A stretch of DNA of 55,233 nt from Candidatus Arcticimaribacter sp. (lineage in GTDB: Bacteria; Bacteroidota; Bacteroidia; Flavobacteriales; Flavobacteriaceae): assembly GCA_011526285.1 (NCBI GenBank), contig WTJU01000021.1, forward strand, positions 1 through 55,233, written 5' to 3'. The notes beneath the pieces are model-generated. The model ran no database searches. It was not told the DNA's origin and saw only the letters and a list, made by a program, of their open reading frames with translations. Positions 47,601 through 55,233 of this stretch are shown piece by piece; position 1 is the stretch's first letter, and each line of letters starts with the position of its first letter. Made by a program: the position numbers and the translations under genes.

Positions 47601-50600
47601 GTCTTGAGCACTTAAACGATTGGCTGTATTTTCAATATAAGTGGTTGGTTTTAGTGGGACCTCAATTTGATAGTAATTGTCTTGATAGTCTGTTCCAAGA
47701 CGGATGAAAGCAACTAAACGGCGATCAAAATCTTCGTTGGCTCCTTCTCCAGGGAGCGGGGTTTGTCCTTGAATAGACTCTGCATGTAAGTACATTTTTA
47801 ATTTTTTGTACTGGCGCAAGTCTACATCTACTCCTTTAAAAATTCCTCTTGAATCCATGGGCTGTAAATCGCACACACGGAAGGAAAGCGACTGTTCGTT
47901 TTGTCGAACAATGGTATTGTTATTGTTAATTTGCTCTCGTTGAATCTCGGGAGGTAAGACGTAATTGATGGGGATACGATTTTCGTTTTCTAAAATATTT
48001 ACTGTAGAAATATCTACCGTTGTATTTCGGTTTGCAACTACCTCCTCGTTTAAGGAACGGTTATAACGTCTCCAATCGCCACGCACTAAGTCTAACGTTC
48101 CAAAACGCATCACCACAGGTTGGTCAAAGCCACTCAATACCATTCGCATAAAACGCACAGAACGTAAATCTTGTATCCCGTTTACGGTATTAAAATAAGG
48201 CGCAAAATTTGTTCCCTGATAATAATTTTTATCAATCGGTACTTTAAACTGAATCCAACGAGCGACCAAGGTTTGTCCATTGGGTAATTCTACATTTACA
48301 TTTTCTCGAACATCGGTCACAAAAGGATGACCACCCACACGCATATTTTTTTCGATGGGTATTTTATACTCAAAGTAGCTATCGATGGTGTTCATTGTTT
48401 GGTCACGATTCACGTCTTCAGCATCGGGTTCTGCCGTGCTTCCGCGGTTAGTGTCGGAAAAAGCAATGGGAGAATTCCCATCGGTACCATTGTAGTTTTT
48501 ATAGCGATCTATAATTCCCCCCTCTGCTTGTAAGAAATATTCATAGTTATCTCCTGCAGGGTCATTGGCCGGACCGTTTGAATAAATCAAACGCTCTTGC
48601 TCATCATTTAAACCATCGAGTCCAACGTCTTGCAATAAGCGATCTTCTTCTACGGTGTTGAAAGCATAAAGAAGTGATTGAGAAGAAGGTGTTCTTCCCC
48701 AGTTGGTGTTTTGAACCGACGTTGGTTCAATGCCCGGGAGACCGTTCTCATATTGCTTTCGTCCATCTTTGAGGATATCTTCAGAAATATTTCCCAAATG
48801 AACTACTAATTCTCCTAAGGCATCGTTGCTAGATTCTAATTCGTTGAAGGTGTCCAGTAACCAAAATTCAATAAATTCAACATTGGACTGTTCAAAGTTG
48901 GTCGCATTAATAGAACGCATTATACCTCCCCAATTCTGTTCATTTTGTTGCGCAAATGCTTGGTTGTCTTGATTGTTGTAAGGTCCTTTTTCTTGTGGGA
49001 AATAAGCTAAATCAAGGGTGGGTTGTATGGTTGATTGTCCTTGAACTAAGTCTTGTTCTGGGAAAATTTCATTGATAAAAATTCGACGCGTTGTATTTAA
49101 TGAGATATCACTGTTATTGATATTATCTGGACGTAGTTGGGTGGAATAAAACACAGGATCAACAGTATACCATGCGAGTTTAGCACGATGGTAACCTGCA
49201 CTTAAATTGTCAGGACCTGCGTTAGAACCACCAAAACCTTCAAAAGGAACGGAAGACAAACGCCAGGCAAAAGCTCCTTTTACATCTATATTGGTTTGGG
49301 CTCCTTCAAAGTCATCAAGATAAACATTGGTTTCCCCTTCTAAAAGGGTGTTTCTAGGATCGCCAGCAATTAAAGACGCTATTTCGCCCCGAAACGAGAT
49401 GCGAGAAGGGGCTGTGGTTTCAATTGTTGGGATTTTGTTGATTAGACGGGTGAGGAAAGGTACATCTGTAGAGAAATTAGTATTGAAACCCAACATGGTG
49501 TTGTTCACTGGCTCGGTTCCATAATTGGCTTTTTGTGTCAGCGGATTTTCACTTAAATTGATTAATGTCCCCCCAATGGCCACTTTTTCATTGAACTGAT
49601 GGGTAATGTCAAAGCCTGAAAAGCGTTTGTTTTGCTGTCCAAAAAAGGTGTTGTTCTCAACAGAAATTTGAATTGGGACATTAGAAGCTTCAAGTGCTGG
49701 ATCTAAAATTTTAACACGTCCAATTTGATAATTTACGGTATAGTCTACACCTTCACGCAATACACGTCCGCCTGCAGTTACCTGAACAGAGCCACGCGGT
49801 ACGTTAAATGCCCCAATGGCAATACCATCGCCTCCAGCCGACTTGTAGCGTCCTTTTAGTTCGAATTTATTTTTTTCGGTGTCTTCTAGCGCAGCGGCCT
49901 GAGTTAAAGCATACATATCACGAAAAACATACTTCGCTTGGTTCGCATTGTATGTCGATTCATCGTTATAGGTCTCCATACTGTTGTTTGGATCGCTCAA
50001 CAATTCAAAGAGGCTCTCACCAAAAGGTTCTACTGTGGGAAATATAATACGGCCATATTGTTGGTCTACGGTGATCCCGGGAATGAAATCAAAAAAACCA
50101 TCTCCTTCTGGTTCTGGATCGTTATAAATATTGAGGCGATCTAAACGCAAAGAACGCAACAAGACACTATTGGTCAATTCTTCTGGCCAAATGCTTTCAT
50201 CAACAGAGGTCAGGTAATTCAGTGGAGAAGGATCGGAATAGGTTATATTCAGTCGAAAATCTTCTTGTTCTAGTTGAAATGCCCCTGTGTTATAGATGTT
50301 TTTCATCATCAAGTTCCAAACTGGTTGACGAACATCTGTGAGACTACTTTTCAATAGTTTTACTACTAGGTTATTGGTTTCTACTTGTGCGAAACCTCCT
50401 AGATTGTTTGGGTCTAAGGGGTCATTAGTTTCTCCAATTGTTGTTCCAGCTACTCCCCCGTTTGCAAATTCTCCAACTTGATAGACCTGCCCTTGATAGG
50501 TAAATTGAAAGGCTACCCCTAGAATTTCATCGTTGCTTAAACGCTGGTTAAGGGAGATGTATCCAAGTTGTGGATGCAGGGTATATTCACTGTCTTCTAG

Positions 50601-52136
50601 TTTCCGTGCACTTTCTAAGAAAGCATAGTCAAAACCTTCCTGAACTTGTCCGTTAAGTACACCAAAAGACTGGGCTAAGGTACCCACATCGCGAATTCCA
50701 TCAGTAATAAATGAACCTGCATTGATTTGCTCAGGGTTTAATTTGTTTGCTTCATTGGCTGGAATGCCGTTTGGCAAGGGAGGATTGAAAAAATTGGTGT
50801 TGGCAGCTGCTAATCGGGTGCGCTCTGGATTAGATTCACCCAAATCTTGTAAAGCAACAATGTTGCGAATGTTATTGGTTTGTGATTGGCGATTGGTAAT
50901 CCAAACCTCCACTCGTGTGATCTGTATGGGGGAATTTATGAACGGATAGGTACGTAAAAAACGATCGTAATTATCTCTAAAATAATGCGCTAAAAAGAAA
51001 TGGCGATCTGCTTCATAATCAAGTGCAAAAATGGAAAACTCTTGCAACGTTCCTCCCCCTTGAGCAATTACGGACTGGGTTTGTGAGCGTTGTTCTGCAA
51101 AAACTCCCGTAATGTTTGTTCGTCCAAATTTTAGCTGTGCTTTTACTCCCATTAAACTTTGTGCTCCCGCAATTAGGGTGCTGTTTAAGGGCATATTAAT
51201 GTTTCCTATATCGATGTTCTGTAGAATAGCATCTTCAGAAGCATTTTTATTTAAAAAATTATTGATCTTGTTTTGGTAGTTCCCAACGTTTCCCTGAAGG
51301 TTATCGGCTTGATTCTTTAAATCTTGAAGTTTCCCTTTTACATTGTCAATCTTACTTCTTGCATCTTCAATTTTTCCACGCACGTTGTCATAACGTTCTT
51401 TTAATTCTGCCCCTTTAGCCACTACTTGGTCGACCCGATCAGTCAATGATTCGGGTAGATAGTTTGACAAATCATTCAATTTAGGGGGGTTAAATTGAAG
51501 TTTTACAAGGTTTTGAAAATCAAAAGTAGATTCTGTATCATAATTTGCTGTGATTTGTAGGCGTTCTCCAATGTCTCCAATTAGGCTTAAACTAATGCGC
51601 TGATCGAAATCGAAACCAAAGTTTCTACGATTACGTGGGGAGAAGGAGGGATTGTCTGTTCGTTGATAACGAACACCAATATCAAGGCCTATTGATCCCT
51701 GCGGACGGACATCAATTTGGTTGCTTCCAAAAATAGAAGAAAAGAATTTAGAGTTTACATAGAGTTCTGGAAGTAGGTCCTTTTGTGCAGCATTATCTTC
51801 TCCTTTGTTTTCACCGATTAAAGTGACTTTCTCCTTAAAATAATTCTTCATTTGTGCCTTTAAAACACGCCTTTCATACTCTTTAGGGGTAAGCACAAGA
51901 GGGGTTCCAATAGGATAATCGGCTATGGTAGCACTAAAAATATACCGATCCTGTTCGGGATCATAGGTATAAAGAGAAGTTATGTCTTCAGTTGTGGGTA
52001 GAGAAATCTTGCCCAAGTCATAAGTAGCTTCACTCGGGTCTTGGCCATAACTTTTCAATATACCTGCCGTTGTGAAAAGGACAAGCAATACATAAAAGCG
52101 TAGGGGGGTGAAAAACGCTTTTTTTAGGTCAACCAA
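44673..52136 (-). CDS. sprA: T9SS outer membrane translocon SprA (Sov)
   Basis: 2487 aa; [58 protein letters not shown] and C-terminal [10 protein letters not shown]; ruvA-sprA-gcvH synteny. Confidence 0.95.
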   Translation of the reverse strand: MVDLKKAFFTPLRFYVLLVLFTTAGILKSYGQDPSEATYDLGKISLPTTEDITSLYTYDPEQDRYIFSATIADYPIGTPLVLTPKEYERRVLKAQMKNYFKEKVTLIGENKGEDNAAQKDLLPELYVNSKFFSSIFGSNQIDVRPQGSIGLDIGVRYQRTDNPSFSPRNRRNFGFDFDQRISLSLIGDIGERLQITANYDTESTFDFQNLVKLQFNPPKLNDLSNYLPESLTDRVDQVVAKGAELKERYDNVRGKIEDARSKIDNVKGKLQDLKNQADNLQGNVGNYQNKINNFLNKNASEDAILQNIDIGNINMPLNSTLIAGAQSLMGVKAQLKFGRTNITGVFAEQRSQTQSVIAQGGGTLQEFSIFALDYEADRHFFLAHYFRDNYDRFLRTYPFINSPIQITRVEVWITNRQSQTNNIRNIVALQDLGESNPERTRLAAANTNFFNPPLPNGIPANEANKLNPEQINAGSFITDGIRDVGTLAQSFGVLNGQVQEGFDYAFLESARKLEDSEYTLHPQLGYISLNQRLSNDEILGVAFQFTYQGQVYQVGEFANGGVAGTTIGETNDPLDPNNLGGFAQVETNNLVVKLLKSSLTDVRQPVWNLMMKNIYNTGAFQLEQEDFRLNITYSDPSPLNYLTSVDESIWPEELTNSVLLRSLRLDRLNIYNDPEPEGDGFFDFIPGITVDQQYGRIIFPTVEPFGESLFELLSDPNNSMETYNDESTYNANQAKYVFRDMYALTQAAALEDTEKNKFELKGRYKSAGGDGIAIGAFNVPRGSVQVTAGGRVLREGVDYTVNYQIGRVKILDPALEASNVPIQISVENNTFFGQQNKRFSGFDITHQFNEKVAIGGTLINLSENPLTQKANYGTEPVNNTMLGFNTNFSTDVPFLTRLINKIPTIETTAPSRISFRGEIASLIAGDPRNTLLEGETNVYLDDFEGAQTNIDVKGAFAWRLSSVPFEGFGGSNAGPDNLSAGYHRAKLAWYTVDPVFYSTQLRPDNINNSDISLNTTRRIFINEIFPEQDLVQGQSTIQPTLDLAYFPQEKGPYNNQDNQAFAQQNEQNWGGIMRSINATNFEQSNVEFIEFWLLDTFNELESSNDALGELVVHLGNISEDILKDGRKQYENGLPGIEPTSVQNTNWGRTPSSQSLLYAFNTVEEDRLLQDVGLDGLNDEQERLIYSNGPANDPAGDNYEYFLQAEGGIIDRYKNYNGTDGNSPIAFSDTNRGSTAEPDAEDVNRDQTMNTIDSYFEYKIPIEKNMRVGGHPFVTDVRENVNVELPNGQTLVARWIQFKVPIDKNYYQGTNFAPYFNTVNGIQDLRSVRFMRMVLSGFDQPVVMRFGTLDLVRGDWRRYNRSLNEEVVANRNTTVDISTVNILENENRIPINYVLPPEIQREQINNNNTIVRQNEQSLSFRVCDLQPMDSRGIFKGVDVDLRQYKKLKMYLHAESIQGQTPLPGEGANEDFDRRLVAFIRLGTDYQDNYYQIEVPLKPTTYIENTANRLSAQDVWMPETNSIDVPVELLAKIKAAYLNSPSFRTARYFDEELNPIDEFTPISSLPGEKRYKLSIKGNPSLGAIKTMMIGVKNPSTQVGDALCGEVWFNELRIAGIDSQGGWAAIGALEANVADFANLSASGRFSTVGFGSIDQSPNQRSREEMMQYDLVSTVNAGQLFPQKWGVNLPISYSVGETQITPEYDPFYQDLRLEDRMASAESPQERKAIKRQAVDYTKRKNISLIGVRKNGSPAKARFYNIENFDFSYAFNELSHRDYEIENQSNQSLRLGANYAHTFKPLDISPFKKVEVFGGKQYLRWLKEINFNPIPANISISTNINRLFNSQRFREVYLEGVDAANQLSLPDLQQRNFLFDWTYSLNHNLTRALRLNFTASSNNIVKNYYEDTPDGGQRVDKARGIWDGLWDFGDANRYFQSLNLTYKLPFNYLPYLSFIDANFSYTGDFNWQRGSDVLADVQNEAGDVLGIVNTIQNVNSKALNGSISTSRLYQILGIQKKRRGVQPVARRSLPQAQDTTKTKKPKKKRKVLVKVVDALNTLKRLQFSYTENNGQVLPGYLPKVGMVGTLQPTAAFTFGGQADIRYEAAKQGWLTDFPNFNQPFNQVHSSQLNLTGQLDFGKGFIVDLNAERNFSESITENFNVVNQEYVPLNTNIFGNFGISTLLIKTAFKRSSGEASPYFDQFRTYRQSIAERLANARGLDLSQRDEEGYPAGYSKSQQEVVIPAFFAAYAGTNPENITLDPIQKVPLPNWNLKFTGLMDVKSIKKRFNRFSITHGYRASYTINQFQTNLDYDPATPNAKDSGGNFIPEKLYGNINLVEQFNPLVRVDVELKNSFKFLAELKTDRALSLSLDNNLLTESSGEEYILGMGYRLQDLPFRTRIGGRKRTLKGDLNIKADLSYRNNITVLRNLEIDNNQVTAGQTLWSIKVTADYALTQNLQALFFYDHNFSKFAISTAFPQTSIRSGFTIRYNFGN

Positions 52137-52143
52137 AGATGTT

Positions 52144-52725
52144 TTACAATTTATTCAAAGCTTGCTTGATGAGCGCTTCAACAGAGCTATCTGGTTCACT
52201 TTGAAGAATATTATCAATTACTTTCTCAGCCTGCCTTCTCGGGTAGCCAAGAACTTCTAATGCTGATAACGTTTCTTCTTTGATTGTATTGCTTTTAAAT
52301 GCAGGAATTTCGTCCATTCCTGCTACCGTTTGTATTTTGTCTTTTAATTCAATTAGTACCCGTTGCGCTGTTTTTAGCCCAATGCCTTTAACAGCTTTTA
52401 TTGCGGCTAAATTTTCTTGTACTATTGCTTGCTGAATTTCAACTGGGGTCATGGAAGAAAGCATGGTGCGTGCAATACTAGCACCAATCCCTGAAATTGA
52501 AATAAGTAGCCGGAAAATACTGCGTTCTACAGGTTGAAAAAATCCATAGAGCGTGTGAGCATCTTCACGAATCTGTAAATGAGTGTACAGCCGAATGTTT
52601 TCTTCATTTCCAATTTGGCCATAAGTGTTTAAAGAAATATTCACTTCATAGCCTACACCTTGGCAATCAATTACAACATGGGTAGGGTGTTTCTCAATCA
52701 GTCGACCTTGTAGTTGTGTAATCAT
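52144..52725 (-). CDS. ruvA: Holliday junction branch migration protein RuvA
   Basis: GVGYEV, REDAHTLYGF, ISGIG, KGIG.KTAQR..ELKDK and ALEVLGY. Confidence 0.97.
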   Translation of the reverse strand: MITQLQGRLIEKHPTHVVIDCQGVGYEVNISLNTYGQIGNEENIRLYTHLQIREDAHTLYGFFQPVERSIFRLLISISGIGASIARTMLSSMTPVEIQQAIVQENLAAIKAVKGIGLKTAQRVLIELKDKIQTVAGMDEIPAFKSNTIKEETLSALEVLGYPRRQAEKVIDNILQSEPDSSVEALIKQALNKL

Positions 52726-54998
52726 TTGCTTTGCTTTTGTTGTGCATCAACTACAGCCACAGCAGCCATGTTAACCATTTCATCAACACTTGCTCCTAAT
52801 TGAAGTACGTGAGCTGCTTTGTTTAGTCCCAATAGAATTGGACCAACAGACTGTGTTCCTTTTTGTTCTTTTAGCAATTTGTAGGTAATGTTAGCCGCTT
52901 CTAAATTGGGAAAAATAAGCGTATTGACATTTTTCTTAACTAAGTTGGAAAAAGGAAATTTTTCTTCGAGCATTTCTTTATTCAAAGCAAAATCTGATTG
53001 TAATGGGCCATCGACTTCTAAATCGGGGTAATAACGGTGTAAATAATCTACTGCTTCACTCACTTTTCGAACATTTGGGTGTTTTGATGCTCCAAAATTA
53101 GAAAATGACAACATAGCTGTTACAGGTTTAAAACCGAATAGGTCTACCATTTTAGCATTCATAAAGGCTATTTTTGCTAGCTCTTTTGCCGTTGGATCTA
53201 TGTTGATTGATGTATCTGATAAAAACAGCGGACCATTGTCCGTTAACATGAGGTTAGTCGCTGCAATACGCGTTACTCCTTTGGCTTTTCCAATAATGCT
53301 TATAACGGGTTTTACAACAGAGGCATAATTGCGTGAATATCCTGATAATAAAGCATCTGCATCACCATTCTTTACCATCATTGATGCAAAATAATTGCGT
53401 TCACGTAGGATAGATTTTGCTTCATAAAGGGTTACTCCCTTTCTTTTTTGTTCTTCCCAATAAAGTGCTGCATAATGGTTTTTAATGTCCCGTTCTTCCA
53501 TACTTTTTGGATCGAGAATCTCAACGGTTTCAGGATCAAAATCAATTGATGCCATCAAATCACGAATAATTTCTTTGCGTCCTAATAGAATTGGCTCGGC
53601 TATGCCCTCTTCTTTTACGATTTGAGCTGCTTTTAGTACATCTAACTGATCGGCTTCTGCAAAGACTACTTTTTTAGGATCTTGCTTTGCACGGTGGTGT
53701 AATACCCGAAGGGTTTTTTCCTCTGTTCCTGTGCGTGCAGCTAATTGCTCACGGTAACGCTCCCAATCTTCAATCGGTTCTCTGGCAATACCAGATTCCA
53801 TTGCCGCTTTGGCTACAGCCATAGGTACTTCAACAATTAATCGTGGGTCAAAAGGTTTTGGAATTATATAATCGTGACCAAAGGTCAGGCGTGTTTCGTT
53901 ATACGCTAAATTAACCTGTTCTGGAACAGGTTTTTTAGTCAAATCAGCAAGTGCTTCTACTGCCGCCATTTTCATGGCTTCGTTTATTCCAGTAGCTCGT
54001 ACATCAAGTGCTCCTCTAAATATAAAGGGGAAACCCAAAACATTGTTTACTTGATTCGGGTGATCTGATCGTCCAGTGGCCATTAAAATATCATCACGAG
54101 TAGCACATGCCAAATCATAAGCGATTTCTGGGTCAGGGTTTGCCATAGCAAATACAATAGGGTTTTTTGACATTGACTTTAACATTTCTGGACTCACAAT
54201 ATTCGCCATAGACAAACCAATGAAGACATCTGCATCAACCATGGCCTCTTCTAAGGTAGTTACATCTAGTGCCGTAGCAAACTCTGCTTTTTCTTTTGTA
54301 AGGTTTTCGCGGTCTTGACGAATGACACCCTTGCTGTCAGTCATAATTATATTCTCGGCCTTGGCACCAAAGGCTTTGTAGAGGCGCGTACAAGAGATCG
54401 CTGCTGCTCCTGCTCCAGATATTACAATACGCACATCATTTATTTTCTTTTGAGAAAGTTCTAATGCATTGAGCAGGGCTGCACAAGAAATAATTGCCGT
54501 CCCGTGTTGGTCGTCATGCATTACTGGAATATCAAGTTCTTCTTTTAAACGGCGTTCTATTTCAAAAGCTTCAGGTGCTTTAATATCTTCTAGGTTTATC
54601 CCGCCAAAAGTTGGTGCAATTGCTTTAACTGCACTAATGAATGCTTCAGGATCTTTGGCATCTACTTCAATATCAAACACATCAATCCCAGCGAATATTT
54701 TAAACAATAGTCCCTTACCTTCCATAACTGGTTTAGAAGCTTCTGGGCCAATATCGCCAAGACCTAGTACTGCAGTTCCGTTTGAAATTACAGCGACTAA
54801 ATTTCCTTTGTTTGTGTATTTATAAACGTTGTCTACCTCTTGGTCAATCTCCAGGCAGGGCAATGCCACTCCTGGAGAGTAGGCCAAAGCTAAATCTCTT
54901 TGGGTAGCATAGTTTTTTGTGGGGACCATTTCTATTTTTCCAGGGCGTGGCTTGGCATGGTATACCAGAGCTTCCCGGCGATTTCTTTCTTTGCTCAT
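52722..54998 (-). CDS. maeB: NADP-dependent malic enzyme with phosphotransacetylase-like domain
   Basis: LAYSPGVA, NGTAVLGLG, KPVMEGK, HDDQHGT, GAGAA, TGRSD.PNQVNN and a C-terminal PTA-like domain. Start refined to the ATG at 54998. Confidence 0.95.
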   Translation of the reverse strand: MSKERNRREALVYHAKPRPGKIEMVPTKNYATQRDLALAYSPGVALPCLEIDQEVDNVYKYTNKGNLVAVISNGTAVLGLGDIGPEASKPVMEGKGLLFKIFAGIDVFDIEVDAKDPEAFISAVKAIAPTFGGINLEDIKAPEAFEIERRLKEELDIPVMHDDQHGTAIISCAALLNALELSQKKINDVRIVISGAGAAAISCTRLYKAFGAKAENIIMTDSKGVIRQDRENLTKEKAEFATALDVTTLEEAMVDADVFIGLSMANIVSPEMLKSMSKNPIVFAMANPDPEIAYDLACATRDDILMATGRSDHPNQVNNVLGFPFIFRGALDVRATGINEAMKMAAVEALADLTKKPVPEQVNLAYNETRLTFGHDYIIPKPFDPRLIVEVPMAVAKAAMESGIAREPIEDWERYREQLAARTGTEEKTLRVLHHRAKQDPKKVVFAEADQLDVLKAAQIVKEEGIAEPILLGRKEIIRDLMASIDFDPETVEILDPKSMEERDIKNHYAALYWEEQKRKGVTLYEAKSILRERNYFASMMVKNGDADALLSGYSRNYASVVKPVISIIGKAKGVTRIAATNLMLTDNGPLFLSDTSINIDPTAKELAKIAFMNAKMVDLFGFKPVTAMLSFSNFGASKHPNVRKVSEAVDYLHRYYPDLEVDGPLQSDFALNKEMLEEKFPFSNLVKKNVNTLIFPNLEAANITYKLLKEQKGTQSVGPILLGLNKAAHVLQLGASVDEMVNMAAVAVVDAQQKQSK

Positions 54999-55014
54999 AG
55001 TGTAGTGCTTAAAA

Positions 55015-55022
55015 CAAATGTA
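55015..55022 (-). promoter_or_regulatory. -7 box (TACATTTG) for maeB-ruvA-sprA
   Basis: TAnnTTTG match on the minus strand 16 bp upstream of the maeB ATG and downstream of a terminator. Confidence 0.55.
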
Positions 55023-55053
55023 GCAAGTATTAAACAATAACCTCATCCAAGAT

Positions 55054-55082
55054 AAAAAAAAGACTCCCCAAACTGGGGAGTC
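55054..55082 (-). terminator. Intrinsic terminator for a minus-strand transcript upstream of maeB
   Basis: The minus strand reads GACTCCCCA-GTT-TGGGGAGTC followed by T8. Confidence 0.88.
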
Positions 55083-55115
55083 CTCTTTCGCTATTGCCAA
55101 ATCTTAACCTATAAA

Positions 55116-55232
55116 TCAATAGCCTTGGCTTTGTGTTAATGTTCCATTTGCTGCATTGATTGCATCTAGTTGTGCGCAAGCACCTATAATATGCGCTTGC
55201 TAAAAGGGGAAAATAGAGGCTTGGTTTTGTTG
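55116..55232 (-). pseudogene. Possible decayed 3' remnant of a RagB/SusD-like gene
   Basis: The minus frame reads QQNQASIFPF*QAHIIGACAQLDAINAANGTLTQSQGY*, resembling the SusD C-terminal pattern FPIPQ..I...N..L.QNPGY, with an in-frame TAG at 55200-55202. Confidence 0.25.
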
Positions 55233-55233
55233 T

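Noticed and set aside
17-54825. Many short antisense or alternate-frame ORFs (for example 14350-14625, 15211-15564, 19401-19784, 29040-29468, 34827-35165, 54469-54825)
   Set aside because: They shadow well-supported genes, have no recognisable motifs, and show the composition expected of antisense frames.
1-55233. CRISPR arrays, IS elements, prophage or defence genes
   Set aside because: I found no regularly spaced repeats, transposase, integrase, nuclease or phage structural motifs, and the intergenic gaps are too short to hide them.

Overview
This is a gene-dense, AT-rich chromosomal segment from a Bacteroidota bacterium, most likely a compact marine Flavobacteriaceae member. The evidence is T9SS genes sprA and porG, a T9SS-cargo protease, flavobacterial gene orders and many TAnnTTTG -7 promoter boxes. 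Most of the window is housekeeping: prs-rplY-pth, ribF-serS-DUF4286-rsmA-mgtE, lysC, pdxJ, nadK-porG-uppS-bamA-ompH-ompH-murI, nfu, tsaB, a MacAB-TolC-like ABC exporter, the cyoE/cox3/cox3/cox4/SCO/DUF420 oxidase-assembly cluster and tonB-vanZ-gcvH-sprA-ruvA-maeB. An accessory block (GH32, fructokinase, an orphan crotonase and an orphan coiled-coil lipoprotein) abuts the 3' end of tRNA-Leu(CAA). I saw no CRISPR array, rRNA, integrase or transposase. The most unusual signal is an approximately 80-aa heptad-repeat insertion, built from three 14-aa repeats, in a probable periplasmic turn of the T9SS translocon SprA. Other candidates are the coiled-coil/tandem lipocalin-like lipoprotein with a sigma54-like promoter, an ECF-sigma-like promoter before the exporter, a small CxxC membrane protein at the end of the oxidase cluster, and a possible susD-like remnant or sRNA at the right edge. 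All family assignments come from motif recognition by eye, not database searches.
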